Shown here: positions 7,919-13,660 of the stretch, in pieces
How the letters are laid out: the number at the start of each line of letters is the position of its first letter
Numbering within the stretch: the first letter of the stretch is position 1
Source of the DNA: Myxococcota bacterium
GTDB taxonomy: Bacteria > Myxococcota_A > UBA9042 > PHBI01 > JAWLBL01
Assembly (NCBI GenBank): GCA_041687695.1
Contig: JAWLBL010000056.1
Coordinates: 1-13,660, forward strand
DNA: 13,660 nucleotides
Direction of reading: 5' to 3'
The notes under the pieces: model-generated
What the model was told of the DNA's origin: nothing
Databases searched by the model: none
Seen by the model: the letters and a program-made list of their open reading frames with translations, nothing else
Program-made: the position numbers and the translations under genes

Positions 7919-7937
7919 ATTCACCCATCAGGTGAAT
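7919..7937. promoter_or_regulatory. Palindromic operator upstream of the toxin-antitoxin operon
   Basis: ATTCACC-catca-GGTGAAT, a perfect 7-5-7 inverted repeat in an AT-richer patch 23 bp before the toxin start, upstream of a gene pair encoding an HTH protein. Confidence 0.6.
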
Positions 7938-7960
7938 TCAATTGCCATCGCGGAGAACGA

Positions 7961-8290
7961 GTGCTTATCGTCTACCGCAGCAACGACCTGAAGCAGACCT
8001 GCCTCCAGGAGCGCAGGATGCAGAAGGAACTCGGCGCCAAGGGAGCCAAGAAGCTCAAGGGGCGCCTCAGCGACCTCGCCGCCGCGGCCCGGGTCACCGA
8101 CTTGGTAGCCGGCCACCCTCACCCGCTCAAAGGTGACCGTAGGGGCCAGTTCGCCGTGTCCCTCGACGGCGGTCGCCGCCTGGTCTTCGAGCCCGCGAAC
8201 GAGCCGGTCCCCCAACATGAGGACGGCTCGGTCGACTGGTCCCACGTGACCGCGGTCCGAATCGTCTTCATCGGAGACTACCATGACTGA
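7961..8290 (+). CDS. higB: RelE/HigB-like type II toxin (killer-suppression family)
   Basis: True start GTG 7961 with GGAG at 7952-7955 (C-terminal part of track ORF 6227..8290). 109 aa: MLIVYRSNDLKQTC...HPHPLKGDRRGQFAVSLDGGRRLVFEP...VRIVFIGDYHD. Toxin-first order, 8-bp overlap with the antitoxin. Confidence 0.82.
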   Translation: MLIVYRSNDLKQTCLQERRMQKELGAKGAKKLKGRLSDLAAAARVTDLVAGHPHPLKGDRRGQFAVSLDGGRRLVFEPANEPVPQHEDGSVDWSHVTAVRIVFIGDYHD

Positions 8291-9419
8291 CGCCAACGCC
8301 TTCGCCCCCGACTGGCTCTCACCGCCGGGCGACACCATCGAGGACCTCCTCGACGAGCGAGGCTGGACCAAGGCCCAACTCGCCGAGCGAACCGGCTTCA
8401 CCGCCAAGCACGTCAACGAGCTGGTGAAGGGCCGCGCCCCCATCTCGGCCGACGCCGCCGAGCGCCTCTCGCGTGTCCTCGGCTCGACGCCCGACTTCTG
8501 GCTCGTGCGGGACGCCCAGTACCAGGCAGCCGTCGAACGTCGGCGCGCCCTCGATCAGGCCCGCAGCGAGTCCGACTGGCTCGACGAGCTCCCCCTCTCC
8601 TGGATGCGCAAGCGCCAGTGGGTCGCCTCACACAAAGACAAGGGCGCCCAGGTCCGCGACTGCCTCCAGTACTTCGGCGTCGCCTCCGTCTCCGCTTGGC
8701 GCGCCACCTACGTCTCGCCCCTCACCGCCTTCCGCACCTCGACCAAGCTCGAGATGCAGCCGGGAGCCGTCGCGACCTGGCTCCGCGAGGCCGAACGTCG
8801 GGCCACCGCTCGCCCCTGCGCGCCCTTCGACAAGGCGGGCTTCAAGTCAGTCCTCGCCAGCCTTCGCGCGTTGACCAACGAGACCGATCCGACCGTCTTC
8901 GCCCCCAAGCTGATGGCCGCCTGCGCCGCCCATGGCGTCGCCGTCGTCTTCGTCCCCGCGCCCCCAGGCTGCCCAGCCAGCGGCGCCACCCGCTGGCTCA
9001 CCCCCGACAAGGCCATGCTCGTCCTCAGCCTGCGCCACAAGTCCAACGACCACCTCTGGTTCACCTTCTTCCACGAGGCCGCCCACCTCCTCCTCCACGG
9101 CAAGAAGCTCCTCTTCATCGAAGGCCTCGACGGACTCGACACGACCCACGAACACCAAGCCGACGCCTTCGCCCGCGACTGGCTCATCCCCCCACCCGAA
9201 GCCAAGCGCCTCGCGGCCCTGTCGACCAACACGCGCCTCTCGAAGCTCCAGGTCCAAGCCTTCGCCGAGACCATCGGCCTGCCCCCCGGCATCGTCGTCG
9301 GCCGCATGCAGAACGAAGGCTGGCTCCCCTGGTCCCACATGAACGACCTCAAGGTCCGCTACGACTGGCAGCACCTCGAGACCCAGTCTCCAGCGCAGCC
9401 CACCCACGAGCCGACGTAG
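8283..9419 (+). CDS. higA: HigA-type XRE HTH antitoxin fused to an ImmA/IrrE family metallopeptidase domain
   Basis: N-terminal PPGDTIEDLLDERGWTKAQLAERTG...VNELVKG..ISADAAERLSRVLG..PDFWL is a HigA-type HTH. The C-terminal part has WFTFFHEAAH (HExxH) followed by EHQADAFA. Confidence 0.88.
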   Translation: MTDANAFAPDWLSPPGDTIEDLLDERGWTKAQLAERTGFTAKHVNELVKGRAPISADAAERLSRVLGSTPDFWLVRDAQYQAAVERRRALDQARSESDWLDELPLSWMRKRQWVASHKDKGAQVRDCLQYFGVASVSAWRATYVSPLTAFRTSTKLEMQPGAVATWLREAERRATARPCAPFDKAGFKSVLASLRALTNETDPTVFAPKLMAACAAHGVAVVFVPAPPGCPASGATRWLTPDKAMLVLSLRHKSNDHLWFTFFHEAAHLLLHGKKLLFIEGLDGLDTTHEHQADAFARDWLIPPPEAKRLAALSTNTRLSKLQVQAFAETIGLPPGIVVGRMQNEGWLPWSHMNDLKVRYDWQHLETQSPAQPTHEPT

Positions 9420-9464
9420 CGCCCCATCCCCAAACGCTCCACCCAACCCACTCGCCCCGCCCCC

Positions 9465-9696
9465 CTCCGCCCCTTCACGCGCCTGGACACCTACTGTCCC
9501 AAAGCCCAACGCGCCTTCGCCGCCGAGCTCCTCTGCCCCTACGACGCCCTCACCGACCTCCTCGCTGGTGACCTCTCCCCCGAGGCCCAGGAAGACGCCG
9601 CCAACCATTTCGACGTCTCGCCCCTGACGGTCCGCACCAATCCTCGTCAACCAAGCCGACCTCGCCCGCGACACCCTCTCCGACGCCGCCCCCTGA
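9465..9696 (+). pseudogene. Remnant C-terminus of an ImmA/IrrE-like protein with one frameshift
   Basis: No start codon. Reads LRPFTRLDTYCPKAQRAFAAELLCPYDALTDLLAGDLSPEAQEDAANHFDVSPLTVRT; after an extra A at 9639/9640 it continues ILVNQADLARDTLSDAAP-TGA (9694-9696). FAAELLCP...A.HFDVS resembles the IrrE/ImmA C-terminal pattern. Confidence 0.65.
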
Positions 9697-9728
9697 CGCC
9701 CTCGGCACCCAAGCGCCAGCTCCCAGTC

Positions 9729-9900
9729 TCACCCTCTCGCGCGCCGCCGCCTCTTCTTCACCGGCCCGAACGCCTCCTCGAAGAGCCGCTTCATCATCTC
9801 CGAGGGCCTCGCCTTCCGCGCCGGCCGACCCTCCAGCGCCTCCTCGACCCGCTCCCACGGCACGACCTTCCGAATCGCCCCGCACGCCTCACCTTGCCCC
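9729..9900 (-). pseudogene. Possible 3' fragment of an unknown gene
   Basis: GEACGAIRKVVPWERVEEALEGRPARKARPSEMMKRLFEEAFGPVKKRRRRARG-stop is protein-like with G-ending codons, while the upstream part of the same ORF is not. Confidence 0.3.
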
Positions 9901-10160
9901 GCCAGCCCCCTGCCGACTCTGACGCCAACAACGCCGAACGCACTGCAGCGCACCTTACCGACCCCGTCCCCTCCCCGAAACGCGACCACCCGACCCGCGC
10001 GAACACTCGACCTTTGCGATTCCGCCATGCCGCCGATTGCATGGCCGAGCCGAGCGGCCTAGACTCAGGACTCCGGCTTGACACCCCTCACTGCGAAAGC
10101 AGCCGCCGTGAGAGCCGGAAGGTAACCAGCGGTGCGAGGCCAACGACGAGGAGCCGAACG

Positions 10161-11474
10161 ATGGGCAACGAAACGCAAGTTCCGACCAGCCAGCCGTCAA
10201 CACCGCTCACGTGTGAGCAGACCAGGCCGAGTTCATCGAGTCCCGCACCTTCGAAACGGGACGGTCGCTCTGGCTTGCGCAAGCGTGCGGGCGAGTTGCC
10301 CTACGATCAAGGCTGTGCGCTGCTGTCAGACATGGATGCTTTCGCCGTTCACGGACTGGAGGGCACGAAGACCGGCAACCGTAAGATCAGTGGCAAGGAC
10401 ATGACGCCCCTCCTGGCCAGGCCCGGCGACGAACACGAAATGCACGACCGCAGTGGACAAAGCACGACCGCGCTCGCCATTCAGGTCGGCACGCTGCTTT
10501 CCGCACTGACGCAGGCTCAACGTGACGGGATCGGTCGGTTCGAGACCCTGTTCAAAGACGACGATTGCGAATCGCGATCAGACGACTTGCTCGAGTTCGC
10601 CATCACAAGTGCGTTGACCCTGGCACTCGGACCCATCGGCGCTCACCTTTCGAGCATGATCAAGACATTCGATGCCATCGCACGGCTCAGCGAGCCGATG
10701 AAGGAAGGCATCGCATCGAGCGTGAGCAGTGTCATCACAGATGCGGTCAAGGCGGGTGTCCAGGGTCAGACGAAGTCAGTTTTGGGCGATTTGCGTGGCA
10801 CCAACGCTCGAAAGACATTCGTCCAGGCTCAACAAGAGCTGCTGACCCGCCGCAGCGCCGGGAAGTCCATGAGCGTCCTCGTCCGCTTCGATCCCGAGGC
10901 GACATCCCACGAAGATCTGGTGGCTTTGATCTCCAAACTCGAGGAGGCGATCAAGAGCGGCTTCGCCACGAAACATCAAGCGAACGCAACATGCGATGCC
11001 TGGCTTCAGTACTTGGCCGCCAATCGGTCTGACGGCGACCAGCCGGCGTTCCGTGGGCGAGTAGTCGTCAACTTCAGTGCCGCCTCCACGAAGGAAACAC
11101 TCTTGAAGGTTGATAGCGTCGAACTGCCGGGGGTGGACTCCGGGCTACTCCCCGAGTACCAGGCCCGCGGAACACTGGGCGACCTTTCGGCGCCCATCGT
11201 GCTCCGCGGCACCGGCAATTTTCGATGGCGCGGGCCTGGCGGCGAACTCGAGGACGCTACAGCAGCCTTGTTCATCAAGCGCGACGGCCCCGCGGCGGCG
11301 CCCACTTACACCAGACACGCACACGCGCAATGGTGGCTTGCACTCTTCGGCAGAGATGCGGAAGTCGGAGGGGCCTACCCGGACAACAACGAAACGCGTG
11401 TCCAACGCGGTATCGCCAAGCTGATGGACTTTGTCGCCCGCCTCCCGACGTCCATGATCAGGGCCGGCGAGTGA
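10161..11474 (+). CDS. Hypothetical protein (437 aa), candidate exported effector/toxin
   Basis: ATG 10161 with GAGGAG at 10148-10153. Long ORF in lower-GC sequence, with a disordered S/T/Q-rich N-terminus and a mildly hydrophobic central helix (FAITSALTLALGPIGA). Stop overlaps the next start (GTGA). Confidence 0.75.
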   Translation: MGNETQVPTSQPSTPLTCEQTRPSSSSPAPSKRDGRSGLRKRAGELPYDQGCALLSDMDAFAVHGLEGTKTGNRKISGKDMTPLLARPGDEHEMHDRSGQSTTALAIQVGTLLSALTQAQRDGIGRFETLFKDDDCESRSDDLLEFAITSALTLALGPIGAHLSSMIKTFDAIARLSEPMKEGIASSVSSVITDAVKAGVQGQTKSVLGDLRGTNARKTFVQAQQELLTRRSAGKSMSVLVRFDPEATSHEDLVALISKLEEAIKSGFATKHQANATCDAWLQYLAANRSDGDQPAFRGRVVVNFSAASTKETLLKVDSVELPGVDSGLLPEYQARGTLGDLSAPIVLRGTGNFRWRGPGGELEDATAALFIKRDGPAAAPTYTRHAHAQWWLALFGRDAEVGGAYPDNNETRVQRGIAKLMDFVARLPTSMIRAGE

Positions 11475-12136
11475 CACCGAGGTGGTCTCGGTGGATTGTC
11501 TCGGCGATGGTCCTCGCGTGTTGCAGCGTACCCGACCCCGGGCCACTCCCCGTCTATTCACCACAGCTTGAGTCCAAAGAGCGGCGAGCGACCCTGGAGG
11601 CCCTCGCGGAACGAACCGGCTGGATCTCGCGCGTCCAACTGAAGCTCGCCGCCGAGCTCGACCCGGACTATCTCCTTCGATCGACCGCCCTTTACCGCTT
11701 GCCCAGGGGCCGCGCCGAAGACATCGACTTCCTCGTCGGCATCGCGCGAACCGAGCCCACCGAGATCGTCCTGACGCAAGCCGTCATGCAACTGGGCTTC
11801 GTCCAGGCACCCGAAGCTGCACGAGCCCTGCTCTCGCTCTGGGGCGAAGAGCACGACCGCCGTCAGTACGTCCTCAACGCAGCCGTCGAGAACGCTTTGG
11901 CCAGCAAGGGCACGGAGGTCGTCCATCTCGTCGCGCCCTACTTGCGCCATCACCTCGGCGAGCTCAGGGCGTCAGCCCTCGGCGTCTTGCTCCGCCTCCT
12001 CGATGACCCGACGGCCGAACGCCTGGTGGACCAGACGCGCTCCGATACCCACAAGCGCGTCCAGACGACCATCGAAGTCCTCTGGGACATGCGCGAAGTT
12101 ACGCGCCCTCATCGCCGCAAACGCGTCGCCCCCTGA
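11471..12136 (+). CDS. Putative lipoprotein with HEAT-like helical repeats
   Basis: GTG 11471 overlaps the upstream stop. MTPRWSRWIVSAMVLACC gives a basic N-region, a short hydrophobic core and a lipobox-like Cys17/18. HEAT-like segments: AVMQLG..EAARALLSL, AVENALA..G.EVV.LVAPYL, ELRASALGVL, DTHKRVQ. Confidence 0.7.
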   Translation: MTPRWSRWIVSAMVLACCSVPDPGPLPVYSPQLESKERRATLEALAERTGWISRVQLKLAAELDPDYLLRSTALYRLPRGRAEDIDFLVGIARTEPTEIVLTQAVMQLGFVQAPEAARALLSLWGEEHDRRQYVLNAAVENALASKGTEVVHLVAPYLRHHLGELRASALGVLLRLLDDPTAERLVDQTRSDTHKRVQTTIEVLWDMREVTRPHRRKRVAP

Positions 12137-12173
12137 CACTGGAGTCTCGCGCTCGACCTGCCGATCGGACGGC

Positions 12174-13325
12174 CTACGCCCCATCGGGCGCCGCGCCGAC
12201 GTCCGAGACCCAGCCCAAGCGCTTCAACGCCTGAGCCAACTCGGGCCGCATTCGCCAGACCAGCTCGCCGCCGCGGCGCGGGTCGCGCTGGACCTCGGCG
12301 AACGCCTCAACCTTGAAAGCCGGTTCCCATCCGAGCTCGAGACATAACGCCTTGGCCAGCAGCCCGTACTGCAGGTTGGCCGCCCCCAGAGTAGCGTAGC
12401 CGACGTGCTGAGCCATCTCCCGCGGCGTCACCTCGCGTCTGGGGGCCGAGAAGTGGAACCGCAGCATGTCCCGCTGCTTGTCCGTCAACCGACCGCTCAG
12501 CGCCCGCAGCGCCCGCTCATACGCGTCCGCACCACTCCGAGGGGACGCCGGCAGCGGCTGCCGATCCGTCTCCCGATGCTCCCCGCCAATCGGCTTCTTC
12601 GCCCCGATTGCGACATCCGCCACCACGGCCGCATGATCCGTCAGCCGCTGGACCAGCGGCTCGTGATCGATGTACGCGGCGGTCACCGCCTCCCTCAGGC
12701 TCGGCCCGACGAACACGAAGTCCATCCGCGAGCCCTTCTTTGCGCCCTTGCGCCCCTTGAAGTGCGTGTACCGCAGCTCGTGCTTCGCCGGCGGCGGGAA
12801 CAGCCCCTGCACGTCCACCGCTGTCTCCCGCAACGCTCGAATCCACTTCCGCCCGAAGTGGTTCCCCGTCTCGGCGTCGCTCGGCTCGAAGCTGTTGAAG
12901 TCGCCCGCGATGACGTACGGCCGCTCGCGATGACGCTTGGCGTACTCGACCGACTGCTCCAGCAGCTCGTACCGCTCGGGCACGTCGTAGCAGGACACGT
13001 ACACGCCCAGCACATGCAGCCCCACCGAGGGGATCCGCGCCGCGACGGCCCACTCCGACAACGCCCCCCGGTTGATCCGCCCCTCGTCGTCGGCCCACTC
13101 GATCGGCTCGCGCGACGCGACCAGCACCCCGCGCTCTCCCACCGGCGTCCGCGACGCCAGCTGGTGCACCAACCCCGCCTGCGCGAGCGCCGCACCCATC
13201 CGGTCCCCGGACTCGCGCACGCGGTACTCGGACACGACCAACAGATCGACCTCGGTCTGCTCGGCCAGGTACTCGAGCATCGCCGAGGTCTGCTCCCCCC
13301 TCACGTTCAGCGTCACGATCCGCAT
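12174..13325 (-). CDS. Endonuclease/exonuclease/phosphatase (EEP, ExoIII-like) family protein with an extra C-terminal domain
   Basis: Motifs MRIVTLNV, VVSE, IAGDFN, SRMDFVFV and LTDH, with AAGGGG upstream. A linker is followed by a ~105-aa helical domain. Confidence 0.87.
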   Translation of the reverse strand: MRIVTLNVRGEQTSAMLEYLAEQTEVDLLVVSEYRVRESGDRMGAALAQAGLVHQLASRTPVGERGVLVASREPIEWADDEGRINRGALSEWAVAARIPSVGLHVLGVYVSCYDVPERYELLEQSVEYAKRHRERPYVIAGDFNSFEPSDAETGNHFGRKWIRALRETAVDVQGLFPPPAKHELRYTHFKGRKGAKKGSRMDFVFVGPSLREAVTAAYIDHEPLVQRLTDHAAVVADVAIGAKKPIGGEHRETDRQPLPASPRSGADAYERALRALSGRLTDKQRDMLRFHFSAPRREVTPREMAQHVGYATLGAANLQYGLLAKALCLELGWEPAFKVEAFAEVQRDPRRGGELVWRMRPELAQALKRLGWVSDVGAAPDGA

Positions 13326-13334
13326 ATCCGCCCC

Positions 13335-13559
13335 TTAGGCCGTCGCGTAATCTCTCAGGGCCGCCACCGCGGGGCTTTGAGCGTTTCCCGCCGCACCCTT
13401 CCCACCCTGCTTGGCCAGAGCAGCCGCCGCGTCAGCCCCATCAGCGACCCCGCTCACCAGCCCCTCCAACTCGGCAACCACACGCGCACGCTCGGCCTCA
13501 CCAGTCACCGTGCTCATCACATCCAGCGTCGCCAACGTCAGCCGCCTCGAACGCTCCAT
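13335..13559 (-). CDS. Small hypothetical protein (or 3' end of a longer gene) directly upstream of the EEP gene
   Basis: G-ending codons like the neighbouring minus-strand gene, and a TAA 9 bp before the EEP start. The frame stays open to the window edge, so the start is uncertain. Confidence 0.4.
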   Translation of the reverse strand: MERSRRLTLATLDVMSTVTGEAERARVVAELEGLVSGVADGADAAAALAKQGGKGAAGNAQSPAVAALRDYATA

Positions 13560-13660
13560 CAGTGTTACCGAGCAGGCTAGTCGATGGGTCGGGGGCTCGG
13601 TTCGGGCCGGCTGAGTGATGGGACCGGGCGAGGACGGAGCGTCGCCGGCATCATGCAGGG

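Noticed and set aside
6227..7960. N-terminal part of the 687-aa ORF fused to the toxin
   Set aside because: Pro/Arg-rich shadow frame of the SEC-C gene. The toxin has its own RBS and GTG start at 7961.
1078..9674. Many long minus-strand Gly/Glu/Val-rich ORFs (e.g. 1587..2795, 5109..6611, 6651..7790, 8847..9674)
   Set aside because: Antisense shadows of real + strand genes in GC-rich DNA, with no recognisable motifs.
9894..10160. Upstream extension of the 526-aa ORF
   Set aside because: No RBS at the TTG start and non-protein-like content; ATG 10161 has a strong GAGGAG.
12405..13580. 391-aa plus-strand ORF
   Set aside because: Antisense shadow of the EEP gene; Arg/Pro-rich with no motifs.

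Overview
Very GC-rich bacterial DNA with a strongly C-skewed + strand; the gene style suggests Myxococcota, but that is inference only. Left part (178-6101): a co-oriented, probable lipid-modification operon encoding a fatty acyl-AMP ligase-like enzyme (apparently lacking both conserved lysines), an extended SDR, a stand-alone ACP, a divergent cobalamin-binding radical SAM enzyme and a long acyl-CoA dehydrogenase. The first four genes are joined by 4-bp start/stop overlaps. Just downstream, a 173-bp MITE-like element (10-bp terminal inverted repeats, TTCCA target duplication, four internal CTTG/CAAG-loop hairpins) sits in the loop of a palindrome. A SEC-C-motif protein follows. Right part (7900-13660) looks accessory: a HigB-like toxin plus an HTH-ImmA/IrrE antitoxin with a palindromic operator, one or two decayed gene fragments, a compositionally different two-gene cassette (unknown 437-aa protein plus HEAT-like lipoprotein, a candidate effector-immunity pair), and a convergent EEP nuclease/phosphatase fused to an extra C-terminal helical domain. 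All assignments come from motifs recognised by eye; no searches were run.
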